IMG/VR virus record: IMGVR_UViG_3300011915_000001
Coordinates: 1-46,180 of that record
Source: a virus
Reading direction: 5' to 3' (one strand)
DNA: 46,180 nucleotides
Under the pieces are notes generated by a model. It searched no databases. It was not told the origin of the DNA and saw only the letters and a list, made by a program, of their open reading frames with translations. Positions 25,193 through 33,268 of this stretch are shown piece by piece (position 1 is the first letter of the stretch; each line of letters begins with the position of its first letter). The translations under genes were made by a program, and so were the position numbers.

Positions 25193-25660
25193 TTACTCCC
25201 CCTTCTGCCCAAACCGGGCGATCAAAATGGCGTCGGCCACCGCTTGCCCCTTCCCTTTCAGGTCGAGAATGCGGAGGTCCGGGTAAAGCTGAATGGCGCG
25301 GGAGCGTGCGGCATCCTTGTCGGCCCCGATGAGGCCCGCTCTTTTCTTCCATGATTGCGGGGTGACCAATGTGTACGGGATGCACGCTCCTTGCAGGATG
25401 CCCTCGACCACGCCAGCGGCATGGCCAAAGGTGAACATCGAGGAAACGCCCTGGCCCGGCATGGCGCCGACTTGTTCGAGATAGGCATGGGTCGGCTCGC
25501 GGTACTTGTGCTCACGCAGGAAGGCGGCAATTGCGGCGCCGTTCACTCGGCTTTTCGTGCCGACCTTCACCGTAGGCATGAGCAGGTGCGCAACGTAGCG
25601 GTAGTCGTTGTGCATAAGGACCACTGCTCCGGAGCAGCCTGGGTCGATTCCAATGATCAT
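25193..25660 (-). CDS. RuvC-like Holliday junction resolvase
   Basis: MIIGIDPGCSGAVV start and the overall RuvC-fold pattern. 155 aa. Confidence 0.75.
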   Translation of the reverse strand: MIIGIDPGCSGAVVLMHNDYRYVAHLLMPTVKVGTKSRVNGAAIAAFLREHKYREPTHAYLEQVGAMPGQGVSSMFTFGHAAGVVEGILQGACIPYTLVTPQSWKKRAGLIGADKDAARSRAIQLYPDLRILDLKGKGQAVADAILIARFGQKGE

Positions 25661-25884
25661 CTACTCCCCCTCGCCTTCGCTTCGAGCGCAGCGCGCACCA
25701 TCGACCGGAGCAGCGGGCTCATCCGCGACAGCTCGGCCGATACCCACTGGCGCCACTTCGGTAGTCCCATGGGCTTGCACCGGGCGCGCATCTTGTCCGC
25801 GATTGCGAGCGCAAGCTGCTCCGCATTGGCCTTGGCAGTCAGGCCTTCCGCTGTTAATCCACGCCTCGCCGCAGAGCACTTCAT
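25657..25884 (-). CDS. Hypothetical protein
   Basis: 75-aa ORF with an ATG start, ATGA-coupled to the resolvase gene. Confidence 0.5.
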   Translation of the reverse strand: MKCSAARRGLTAEGLTAKANAEQLALAIADKMRARCKPMGLPKWRQWVSAELSRMSPLLRSMVRAALEAKARGSR

Positions 25885-25920
25885 CGCCTAGCCTCGCCTG
25901 TAAATCGATTGCGCTGATCT

Positions 25921-26262
25921 TCATGCCAGTTCCGCCTTCTCGGCATCGCTGCGGCAGTCGATGGTGTTCTGCTGGCCGAAGTCCTGATTCGTGCGCTCAG
26001 CCCATGCGGCCTCACCCTGGAGCCCGGCGTATGCGGCCAGGTCTTCGTAGTTGTCAGCCCGGAACCCGCCCTGCTGGCTGCGAACCATCTTGAGCAGGCC
26101 CATGAAGAGCCAGCCTTGTTCTTCGGTGAGGTTGTGGCCAGTGATGGCGCGGAAGGCGTCAACCGTGGCGCCCATGCTCCGCTCGCCGGCTGGCTTGTCG
26201 TAGGTGGCAGAGCGGTCCTTCATGTGGCCAAGGCCGGCTTCGAGGATCTGATGGGCTTTCAC
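25921..26262 (-). CDS. DUF6378-like phage protein
   Basis: GTG 26262 overlaps the upstream stop (GTGA) and has RBS GAAGGAAG. Pattern R.ATYD...DAFRAITG...LTEEQGWLFMGLLKMVR...DNYEDLAAYAGL. Alternative starts are 26310 or 26223. Confidence 0.5.
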   Translation of the reverse strand: MKAHQILEAGLGHMKDRSATYDKPAGERSMGATVDAFRAITGHNLTEEQGWLFMGLLKMVRSQQGGFRADNYEDLAAYAGLQGEAAWAERTNQDFGQQNTIDCRSDAEKAELA

Positions 26263-26372
26263 TGGCTGGCTTCCTTCTCGTTCAATTCGGTTACTTTCAG
26301 GTCTGCCCATGCGGCCGCTAGAGGGGCAAGGACGGCGACCAGGGCGATTACCGCGATCTCTAGCCAGCTCAT
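26259..26372 (-). CDS. 37-aa single-pass membrane mini-protein
   Basis: ATG 26372 has RBS GAGGAAG and an ATGA overlap. Sequence MSWLEIAVIALVAVLAPLAAAWADLKVTELNEKEASQ. Confidence 0.5.
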   Translation of the reverse strand: MSWLEIAVIALVAVLAPLAAAWADLKVTELNEKEASQ

Positions 26373-26626
26373 TGCGGCTTCCTCGTTGCTCTGTTGTTTG
26401 CGATCAGGTGAACGGCGGCCATGCTCTCCAGCCATTCCACCTCGTGCGGCTTGAGCACCCAGGCCCAGGCGACGCAGTTGTCCAAATGCCAGCTCTGGTT
26501 TTCTGCTGCTTCCGAGCCATGCAGGTAGATCCAGCTCTGATCGAAGTGCTCGTCGCGGCACAGCAGAGCCAGACCCTCCTGCAGCTGCTCAGGCTTTCCA
26601 GCCTGCCAATCAAGGTTGCGCATCAC
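26369..26626 (-). CDS. Hypothetical protein
   Basis: 85-aa ORF. The GTG/ATG start overlaps the stop of the Ref-like gene. Confidence 0.5.
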   Translation of the reverse strand: MMRNLDWQAGKPEQLQEGLALLCRDEHFDQSWIYLHGSEAAENQSWHLDNCVAWAWVLKPHEVEWLESMAAVHLIANNRATRKPQ

Positions 26627-26979
26627 GCCGCCTGCTCCAGTCCGATCAATTCCATGACCCGCGCAGGAACTGCCAGGCCCATATCAAGCAACTGCAGGGC
26701 GCAGTCGCGGATTAGTGTTTCCTGCTTCCCGTAGGCCAGTTCGAAGCGGGCCTTGAATGGGTGGATGCCGGTCAGGCCTGGCGCTCCGGTGCCGTGCTGA
26801 TGGTGTCCAGCGCAGATCGGAAGCACGAGCCAATGCGCGTCAGGCTTGGTGCGCCCATCGACGTGGTGGATGCTCACGACCGGATTGAACCGGCCGTCCT
26901 TCTTGCAGGCGATACAGCCGAGCTGGGCGATCTGGTCGTGGTAGTCGCTCTGAGCCTTGGTTGGCGTCTTGCCTTTCAT
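26623..26979 (-). CDS. HNH nuclease of the Ref / HNHc_6 type
   Basis: ATG 26979 has RBS GAGGAGGG. Motif LGCIACK...SIHHVDG...LPICAGHHQHG. The Arg-rich N-terminal extension in the ORF track is rejected. Confidence 0.55.
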   Translation of the reverse strand: MKGKTPTKAQSDYHDQIAQLGCIACKKDGRFNPVVSIHHVDGRTKPDAHWLVLPICAGHHQHGTGAPGLTGIHPFKARFELAYGKQETLIRDCALQLLDMGLAVPARVMELIGLEQAA

Positions 26980-27404
26980 GCCACCCTCCTCTCGCCATAG
27001 ATGGCGTACATCAGGTCTTCCGGGTGCGGTAGCAGTAGGCCCAGGTGCTCGGCGCAGTACGCGTCCAGCAGCTCTAGGTATTCCGTCATCTGCGCGATGG
27101 TGAAGCTGCGAGTCTTCGCCCGGCCTACGCGGTAGCGGGTGCCGTCTGGCAGCACTACCGGGTGAACCTCTGCTGGGCATAGCTTGCTGACGAAGATCTC
27201 GTGCCACTCTTCAGCGCTTGCGATCTGGCCGAACGATTCGCGCAAGTGCTGCTGGATCAGGCTGTTCCACTGCCAGAGCAAACGGTTTTGAGCATCGGAG
27301 CGCTTGCTGCGGATCTCGGTGATTGCCACCTTGCGAGGCTTGGAAAGGTCCAGGCCCTGCAGGAAGCCAATGAGGCGCTGGCGGTCTATGTCGGAGCGGA
27401 GCAT
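26976..27404 (-). CDS. ninB: NinB (Orf-family) recombination protein
   Basis: RSKRSDAQNRLLWQW matches the lambda NinB RSLDQNRKLW motif. The start at 27404 is tentative. Confidence 0.7.
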   Translation of the reverse strand: MLRSDIDRQRLIGFLQGLDLSKPRKVAITEIRSKRSDAQNRLLWQWNSLIQQHLRESFGQIASAEEWHEIFVSKLCPAEVHPVVLPDGTRYRVGRAKTRSFTIAQMTEYLELLDAYCAEHLGLLLPHPEDLMYAIYGERRVA

Positions 27405-27408
27405 GAGG

Positions 27409-27675
27409 TCAGCCACGGCGGCGCGCCTCCATCTTGTCCCGAATCCCCTGACACTCAACGCAGCACACCGCCGACGGATAGGCCTTGCGGCGAGCGTCGG
27501 GAATCTCTACGTCACAGTCGGCACAGAACTCAGCGCCCTGCCCCTGCAGCCTGGCCTGTACCAGCGCCACGCCACCTATCCGATCTGCCTCCTCTAACCC
27601 GGTGGCGCGATCTGTTACATCGGGGGCTGTGCGGGCCTGGTGGAAGGCTTCGGTGATTTCAATCAACGTACTCAT
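27409..27675 (-). CDS. TraR/DksA-family C4 zinc-finger protein
   Basis: CADCDVEIPDARRKAYPSAVCCVECQ. ATG 27675 overlaps the upstream stop (ATGA). Confidence 0.75.
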   Translation of the reverse strand: MSTLIEITEAFHQARTAPDVTDRATGLEEADRIGGVALVQARLQGQGAEFCADCDVEIPDARRKAYPSAVCCVECQGIRDKMEARRRG

Positions 27676-28169
27676 ATCGTGCACCCAGGATGTAGGCGGC
27701 GCTTTGCTTCGATGTACGCTGCTGCCGCAAGCTCTGGCGACTCATGCCGCCCTAGGAAAACCTTCTCGCCGTTTACGGTTATCTGGGCTATCCACTTCCC
27801 ATCCCAGCGATCCACGGACACGCCTAGATAGCCCGACTTGTTCTTTACTCCGGGCCGGCGAATGTTTTGCATGTTGGTAATACGGTCTACCTCCCGTAGA
27901 TTTGCGAATCTGTTGTCGTCCCGAACCCCATTGATGTGGTCAATATCAAGAGTTGGCATCCGGCCCGTCATGTAGAGCCAGGCAAGGCGATGGGCACGGT
28001 ATGTTTTCTGCTTGAATCCAATATCGATGTACCCAGTGGTCGCTCTCGTTCCCGCAACAGATCCCGCGCGCACGATCTTCGCCGGGCTTATCAGCCAAGT
28101 GAAAACACCGGTTTCAGGGTCATAGCTGAGTGCCTCTACAAGCTGCTCGTAGGTGATGTAGTCGGTCAC
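27672..28169 (-). CDS. Free-standing HNH (HNH_3) endonuclease with an AP2 DNA-binding domain
   Basis: GTG 28169 (GTGA overlap, RBS GAGGAG). HNH motif AHRLAWLYMTGRMPTLDIDHINGVRDDNRFANLREV. AP2 domain SGYLGVSVDRWDGKWIAQITVNGEKVFLGRHESPELAAAAY. Confidence 0.8.
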   Translation of the reverse strand: MTDYITYEQLVEALSYDPETGVFTWLISPAKIVRAGSVAGTRATTGYIDIGFKQKTYRAHRLAWLYMTGRMPTLDIDHINGVRDDNRFANLREVDRITNMQNIRRPGVKNKSGYLGVSVDRWDGKWIAQITVNGEKVFLGRHESPELAAAAYIEAKRRLHPGCTI

Positions 28170-28408
28170 TTGGCGGACTCCTCTACGCGATGATCCCCTG
28201 GCATGCACCACATAGTTTCCTGGCCACGGCTGCGGGCCACGATGCAGGTGAAGTCCACTGTGTCCGAGTAGAAGCTCCAGGCCGTCTCGTTGTTGCTGAA
28301 GCGATCGATGAGCTGGATCAGCAGATTCGCGCCGAAAAGCGCGATCAGTAGCGGCAGCAGCATCGAAGCGACGGTATTGGTCAGTTTGTTGCGCTTGTCT
28401 TCACTCAT
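28166..28408 (-). CDS. Small membrane protein
   Basis: 80 aa with TM helix VASMLLPLLIALFGANLLIQLI. Confidence 0.5.
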   Translation of the reverse strand: MSEDKRNKLTNTVASMLLPLLIALFGANLLIQLIDRFSNNETAWSFYSDTVDFTCIVARSRGQETMWCMPGDHRVEESAK

Positions 28409-29097
28409 TTCCGTGCTCCTACGCCGCGCTGGGTGCTTCCGTCAGCACAGACGACGCGATGGTCATTGGGTTTGGGGAAGTACCGGTTGCGCCACCACGC
28501 GAGCCCTTGCTCGGCGATCGACGTCTCGCGCTCGGCCGATGACCGCGCCTCGTTGACCCGCTTGTGGACCAGGCGCAGATGACTCTCCATCGGGCCGCGA
28601 CCGAACATCTCGTGCAGTACCTCGTCCATGACTTCGCTGATGGGGCGCAGGTAGTCGAGGCAGTCCTCGCGCACAGACAGGATCGCCTTAAGCCATGCCG
28701 CCTGGCCGGCAGCCGCAAGATAGAGCTGGTCTAGGTCATGCAACGAAACAAGAACCCACTCATCTCGACGCTGAGCCATAAGGCAGCAATTCATAAATCC
28801 GTGGTCATCGCTCTCCGGCCGCCCAACAAGAAAAACAACAGGGCGCCCGGTGGCAGCGAGCACGCCTTCGGCCTTCTTTTTCTCTTCTGCAGTCGGGTAC
28901 TTGCCCTTCACTTCCAGATAGAAGTCAGCGGCCGGCAAGTAGAAGTCCGGCAGGTATTTGCAGCCCTCGACCTGAATCAGGTCCGGCTCGTAGAGGTAGA
29001 ACACGTCGATGGCATCCATCAGGCGCGCCCACATCAGTTCGGTGTATGAGCGCAGCTTGTAGCCCTTGTGCTCGAAGACAGTCCGACGGCTTTTCAT
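28405..29097 (-). CDS. PD-(D/E)xK (TnsA-like) nuclease-fold protein
   Basis: YEPD...YLPDFYLPAADFYLEVKG is a D...E.K core motif. 230 aa with a C-terminal extension of unknown function. Confidence 0.5.
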   Translation of the reverse strand: MKSRRTVFEHKGYKLRSYTELMWARLMDAIDVFYLYEPDLIQVEGCKYLPDFYLPAADFYLEVKGKYPTAEEKKKAEGVLAATGRPVVFLVGRPESDDHGFMNCCLMAQRRDEWVLVSLHDLDQLYLAAAGQAAWLKAILSVREDCLDYLRPISEVMDEVLHEMFGRGPMESHLRLVHKRVNEARSSAERETSIAEQGLAWWRNRYFPKPNDHRVVCADGSTQRGVGARK

Positions 29098-30437
29098 CAG
29101 AAGTTCACCTCGACGACATTGCTGCTGCGGGTGTGCGCGGCGAGCGGGACAAAGCGGGACTTGTCGCCCTGGAAGGCGGTCGGGACCATGCCGATCTGGC
29201 CGTCACGGTTCTTGCGGATCAGGATTTCGCCGATGCCCTTGTCCTGGGTGTTCGGGTGATAAACCTCATCCCGGTAAACGAACATCACGATGTCGGCGTC
29301 CTGCTCGATAGCGCCGGATTCGCGCAGGTCGGAAAGCACAGGGCGCTTGTCCGGGCGGGACTCGCAGCCGCGATTGAGCTGGGACAGGATGATTACGGGG
29401 CATTCCATCTCGCGGGCCAGCAGCTTGATCTGGCGCGACATGACCGTTACGTCTTCAGTCCGGCCGGCGCCCTCACCCTCGACCAGGCCCAAGTAGTCGA
29501 TGACCACGAGGCCCATGCCGCCCATGCGATGCTTCTGGCGGCGGACGATGGAACGAATGCGCGCCATGGTCATGACCGGCACGTCAGATACGACGATTGG
29601 CGACCGGCTCAGCTTCAGGCCAGCAGCCGCCAGCTCGGTGCTGTAGTCGTTGCTGCACTCGCCGGTCTTCAGGGACGGCAGCGGGATGCCGCCGACTGCC
29701 GCGAGCAGGCGATCCATCAGCTGGGTCTTGCTCATCTCCAGGCTGATGACGGCAACCGGCTTGCGCTGGTTGATGCCGACGTCGGCCGCGATGTTCATGG
29801 CCAGGGTGGTTTTACCCATGGCAGGTCGGCCAGCAACGACGATCATCTGGCCCGGCTTCATGCCTTGGGTGTACTTGTCGAGGTCAGGGATACCAGTCCC
29901 CAGGCCGTCCATTGCTTCGCCCTTGGCGAAACGATCCAGACGGACCTGCAGCACCTCGATGTGCTCCGCCCACATGTCGGCCATGGTCTGGCATTCGGCG
30001 TCGCCGCCATCAGTACCGAGGGCCAGAATGGTCGACTGCACCTGCGCGATCTTGTCCTCGACGGTCGCTTGGTCATGAGCGATCTCGTGGATGCGCTCGG
30101 CTGCGGCGACGATCTGGCGAGCCACGGCGCGGTCGCGGATGATCTTCGCGTAGGTCTTCGCGTTGGCAGCGGACGGTGTGTTGAACTGGATCTCGCCGGC
30201 ATAGGCCGTGGTCCGAGTGCCACTTGGCAGCTCAGCCATGCGGTCGCCGAGAGTGATCGCGTCCACCGGCTGGCCGTCGTTGTGCAGCTCCATGATCAGG
30301 CGGTACAGGTCGGCGTTGTCGGCGTAGGCGAACGCTTCGGGCGACAGGTCATCACTCAGGACGTCAATCAGGTGCGGCTGCTTGAGCATCGAGCCGATAA
30401 CGCCGTGCTCGGCTTCCAGACTGTGAAGTTCGATCAT
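29097..30437 (-). CDS. dnaB: Replicative DNA helicase DnaB
   Basis: 446 aa. Walker A GRPAMGKTTLAMNIA, Walker B VVIDYLGL, and a DnaB-type N-terminal domain. Confidence 0.95.
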   Translation of the reverse strand: MIELHSLEAEHGVIGSMLKQPHLIDVLSDDLSPEAFAYADNADLYRLIMELHNDGQPVDAITLGDRMAELPSGTRTTAYAGEIQFNTPSAANAKTYAKIIRDRAVARQIVAAAERIHEIAHDQATVEDKIAQVQSTILALGTDGGDAECQTMADMWAEHIEVLQVRLDRFAKGEAMDGLGTGIPDLDKYTQGMKPGQMIVVAGRPAMGKTTLAMNIAADVGINQRKPVAVISLEMSKTQLMDRLLAAVGGIPLPSLKTGECSNDYSTELAAAGLKLSRSPIVVSDVPVMTMARIRSIVRRQKHRMGGMGLVVIDYLGLVEGEGAGRTEDVTVMSRQIKLLAREMECPVIILSQLNRGCESRPDKRPVLSDLRESGAIEQDADIVMFVYRDEVYHPNTQDKGIGEILIRKNRDGQIGMVPTAFQGDKSRFVPLAAHTRSSNVVEVNF

Positions 30438-31417
30438 TGCTGCGCCTCCGAGATTTCACGGAATACGGCGCGGCTGACCAGGGCCTCCAGGCGAGGAACA
30501 ACGTTGTGGCCGCGGTAGAAGACCTGGCTGCGGTTGTTAGCCTTCATGAAGAACGGGAGCCAGAAACCTTTCCCGTCACGGTGCGCTTCGGCCTCGTTCC
30601 AGCGCTCAGCGATCATGTTCCGCAGAGCCTTGTCGGTCTTCACGGTGACGGCCGGCAAGTTCGGGCAAACGCGGTGGTACAGGTCGATGATCTGGTCTAC
30701 CGGAACGCCAACCTCGGAGATGCCATTGGGGTTGCGCTTGAACTCACGGCCAAGCCAGTTGACCAGGAAACGGCGCCAGTCCTTCTTCGGCTTGCTGCCG
30801 CTGGCCCAGGCTGCGGCGCGCTTGATCTCTGCCTCGACGTCAATCGGTGCGTAGGCGTCAGCCCACTTGGTGATCAGGTCAGAGCTGACTTCGAAGTCTT
30901 CGCCGTTGAACGAAACCCCAGAGGTTTTTTCAATCGGGGTGATGTCGCCCCCTTGGGGGGCAGTAATCTGTTCCGAAGGAACAGTTACTAGGGGTTCTTT
31001 CTTAGAATAAAGAAGGGAGTCGTCGGTTTTGGTCTGACTCGCAATCGAGACGACCTTGTCGTTTTGGTCCGAGTCGGCTCTGTTGGTCTGATTCGGACCT
31101 TCTACGAATACCCATTCTTTCGGATCACACAGGCCAATATCGCCACGCGCACCGCCCTCACGGAAGATCACGCGACGCTTCAGGAGGTGGCTGATAGCTT
31201 TGGAAGCAACGTCCGGGTGGATATGGGTTGCCTTCGACACAGCGGCTGCTGTGATGCGTACCGGGCCGGCCTGGAAGTTGATGGTTGTCTTGGCGACGAA
31301 CAGAGCGACCTTCAGCTCACGCGCTGGCAGATCGATCGCCATCAAGGCATCCATGATGCTGTTGTCCATCCGGGTGAACCCCCGTTGGGTGTTGCCAATC
31401 TGAATAACGTTTGTCAT
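30434..31417 (-). CDS. Replication initiator, lambda O-like
   Basis: ATG 31417. N-terminal Phage_rep_O-type wHTH (GFTRMDNSIMDALMAIDLPARELKVALFVAKTT). Iterons lie in the linker-coding part. Confidence 0.8.
   Translation of the reverse strand: MTNVIQIGNTQRGFTRMDNSIMDALMAIDLPARELKVALFVAKTTINFQAGPVRITAAAVSKATHIHPDVASKAISHLLKRRVIFREGGARGDIGLCDPKEWVFVEGPNQTNRADSDQNDKVVSIASQTKTDDSLLYSKKEPLVTVPSEQITAPQGGDITPIEKTSGVSFNGEDFEVSSDLITKWADAYAPIDVEAEIKRAAAWASGSKPKKDWRRFLVNWLGREFKRNPNGISEVGVPVDQIIDLYHRVCPNLPAVTVKTDKALRNMIAERWNEAEAHRDGKGFWLPFFMKANNRSQVFYRGHNVVPRLEALVSRAVFREISEAQQ
31025..31095. repeat. Origin iterons inside the O-like gene
   Basis: TTGGTCTGACTCG (31029..31041), TTGGTCCGAGTCG (31064..31076) and TTGGTCTGATTCG (31083..31095). 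An AT-rich patch and short palindromes lie at 30945..31015. Confidence 0.6.
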
Positions 31418-31447
31418 GATTCGTCCTGTGTGTTGTTGCTGTTGAAG

Positions 31448-31474
31448 AACCCGGGCCGTCATCCCGGGTTTTTT
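31448..31474 (+). terminator. Palindromic hairpin terminator between the cro-like and O genes, strongest on the plus strand
   Basis: AACCCGGG-ccgtcat-CCCGGGTT followed by TTTT on the plus strand. The minus strand has only TTCTTCAA after the stem. Confidence 0.55.
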
Positions 31475-31586
31475 ATTGCCTGCAGTTCCGGGTACTGGAT
31501 AAATCCTCACCCTCCCCGCTTCGCTTACCTGTCCGATCCGTTGGTCCTAAGATGGGAACCATGGAAACCACTGACAGGGATGTCTC

Positions 31587-31805
31587 TTATGCAGCAGCTC
31601 GCTTCCGCGACTTCGGGTACAGATCAGGACGAAGCTCGTGACGAGAAACGCCGCTAGCCGCCTCGATCTGCAAAACACGTTCGGCTGGTACTCGACCGGT
31701 AGCGCACATGCGCTGTACGGCTTGAGGAGAACAGCCAAGAAGCCTGGCGAGAGCTGACTGCCCACCCGCTGCAGCCGCAGCACGAGTGGCGGCGTTTTCG
31801 TTCAT
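31587..31805 (-). CDS. cro: Cro-like HTH regulator
   Basis: 72 aa, divergent from cI. HTH GGQSALARLLGCSPQAVQRM. Confidence 0.7.
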   Translation of the reverse strand: MNENAATRAAAAAGGQSALARLLGCSPQAVQRMCATGRVPAERVLQIEAASGVSRHELRPDLYPKSRKRAAA

Positions 31806-31828
31806 GTGGAACTCCGTTTATCTCGAAC

Positions 31829-31878
31829 TACAACGCAAAGTTACAGGGAAGCAATGGATTTTACAAGGGAGAATTGCA
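31829..31878. promoter_or_regulatory. OR-like operators with a PR-like promoter
   Basis: TACAA-N7-TTACA at 31829..31845 and TACAA-N7-TTGCA at 31862..31878. On the minus strand, TTGTAA-17 nt-TAACTT overlaps both sites. Confidence 0.55.
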
Positions 31879-32577
31879 ATGCCAGTTACAACCAGCGGTT
31901 GTATCGTTAGCGGCATGAATCACATCGGAAAACGCATTGCGCTCTTGCGCGAACTGAAGGGCTGGAACCAGTCGGAACTGGCCCGCGAAATGAAGGTGAC
32001 TCCCCAGTCTGTACAGGCATGGGAGGCCGGAAAGAACGTGCCTCGTCAGCAGAAAATGACAAGGCTCGCCGAGGTTCTTGGCGTAAGCGTCGGCGACCTG
32101 ATGTCAGACGATGCGATTGAAGGCGAATTCCAGCGAATTACTGGCCAGCTGGAATCGAACGTCGAGCAAGGCCCGCCAATCGTCAGCCCTTACCGCGCCA
32201 TCCCTATCGTCGGCACTGCGCAGATGGGTGCCGAGGGCTATTGGTATGCCCTGGAAGAAGCTGACGGCACCGTGGATGCCTACTCACGCGACGCCAGCGC
32301 CTATGCGCTACGCCTCAAGGGTGACTCGATGGAGCCGGCTATCCATAGCGGCTGGGTGGCAGTCATCGAGCCGGATAGGGACTACTTCCCAGGCGAGTAC
32401 GTCATGGTCCGCACTACTGAAGGCGAGAGCATGTTGAAGCGCCTGCTCTATTGCAACGAGGCGGAAGTCAGCCTGCTTTCAGTGAACGGCCACACGATCC
32501 GCAACATCCCCACGGAGCAGATAGAGCACATTCATTCGGTCGGCGCCATCGTGCCGCCGAGCAGGGCTAGGGTTTGA
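31879..32577 (+). CDS. cI: CI-type repressor (XRE HTH + S24 LexA-like autopeptidase domain)
   Basis: ATG 31879 has RBS AAGGGAG. HTH LKGWNQSELAREMKVTPQSVQAWEAG. C-terminal GDSMEP...MLKRL Ser/Lys dyad pattern. Confidence 0.9.
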   Translation: MPVTTSGCIVSGMNHIGKRIALLRELKGWNQSELAREMKVTPQSVQAWEAGKNVPRQQKMTRLAEVLGVSVGDLMSDDAIEGEFQRITGQLESNVEQGPPIVSPYRAIPIVGTAQMGAEGYWYALEEADGTVDAYSRDASAYALRLKGDSMEPAIHSGWVAVIEPDRDYFPGEYVMVRTTEGESMLKRLLYCNEAEVSLLSVNGHTIRNIPTEQIEHIHSVGAIVPPSRARV

Positions 32578-32616
32578 GATGTGGAGAATCGCTTGATTAC
32601 GGACGCAAGGAAGTAC

Positions 32617-32916
32617 ATGGACGGGCCGCCGCTGCGGCTCATGGATCTCGTCTTCTACTTGCGTGACTCTGGCAGGCCTGAAGCGTGCCCGTTCTGCGAG
32701 TACAAAGGCGCCTGGGATATGCATATCGAGTTTGAAGAAGGCGATTCAGAGAACAACCCACCACTTACGGTCTTTCAGACGGCCACGAGATCAGAGCCAG
32801 AATCTCCGCACACCTGTGTCGCAATGACCTGCCCCCAATGCGGGCACTTTTCGATGATCAGTGAATACAGGGTTCGGATGTATATGGCAGGCAGGGAGGC
32901 TGCGGTCAATGGGTGA
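32617..32916 (+). CDS. Zn-ribbon protein co-transcribed with cI (gene A of the immunity-region cassette)
   Basis: ATG 32617 has RBS AAGGAAG, 40 nt after the cI stop with no terminator between. CPFC...CPQC pairs and an acidic EFEEGDSENN stretch. Confidence 0.6.
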   Translation: MDGPPLRLMDLVFYLRDSGRPEACPFCEYKGAWDMHIEFEEGDSENNPPLTVFQTATRSEPESPHTCVAMTCPQCGHFSMISEYRVRMYMAGREAAVNG

Positions 32917-33244
32917 GGTTTTGAGGCCGACGAGCTGGACAACGGGCGGGGGCAGGGACAATATTGGCGGTGAGAACCCACCTGGAGGCGGAGAATTGGA
33001 GAAGCGCGTCGAGGCACTTGAGAAAGTCCTTCCGGACATTCGGGAGAGGCTTGCGCGCGTCGAAACCAAAGTCGACCAGATTGAAAAGACCATGGCTACC
33101 AAAGCCGATCTGGATATTCTTCGAGGCGCGATATCTACCGACCTGCATAAAGCCATCGGCGACCAGACTTGGCGCTTCATTACGGTCTCATGCGTACTCG
33201 CCGGCATAGCGTTTACTGCGGCCCGGTTTATTCCTGGCAGCTGA
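32909..33244 (+). CDS. Tail-anchored coiled-coil membrane protein (gene B of the immunity-region cassette)
   Basis: ATG 32909 (RBS GGGAGG) overlaps the end of gene A. Gly-rich N-terminus, heptad-like ELEKRVEALEKVLPDIRERLARVETKVDQIEKTM, and a C-terminal TM WRFITVSCVLAGIAFTAARFI. Confidence 0.6.
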   Translation: MGEVLRPTSWTTGGGRDNIGGENPPGGGELEKRVEALEKVLPDIRERLARVETKVDQIEKTMATKADLDILRGAISTDLHKAIGDQTWRFITVSCVLAGIAFTAARFIPGS

Positions 33245-33268
33245 TCGCCGAGTCCTAACACCCGAAGG

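Noticed and set aside
26980-27207. Arg/Pro-rich 76-aa N-terminal extension of the Ref-like nuclease ORF
   Set aside because: It overlaps the NinB coding frame. The internal ATG 26979 has a strong RBS and an ATGA overlap with the ninB stop.
31475-31586. cII-like small ORF between the cro-like and O genes (29-aa MVPILGPTDRTGKRSGEGEDLSSTRNCRQ)
   Set aside because: It has no RBS and no HTH-like sequence, and it runs through the hairpin terminator.
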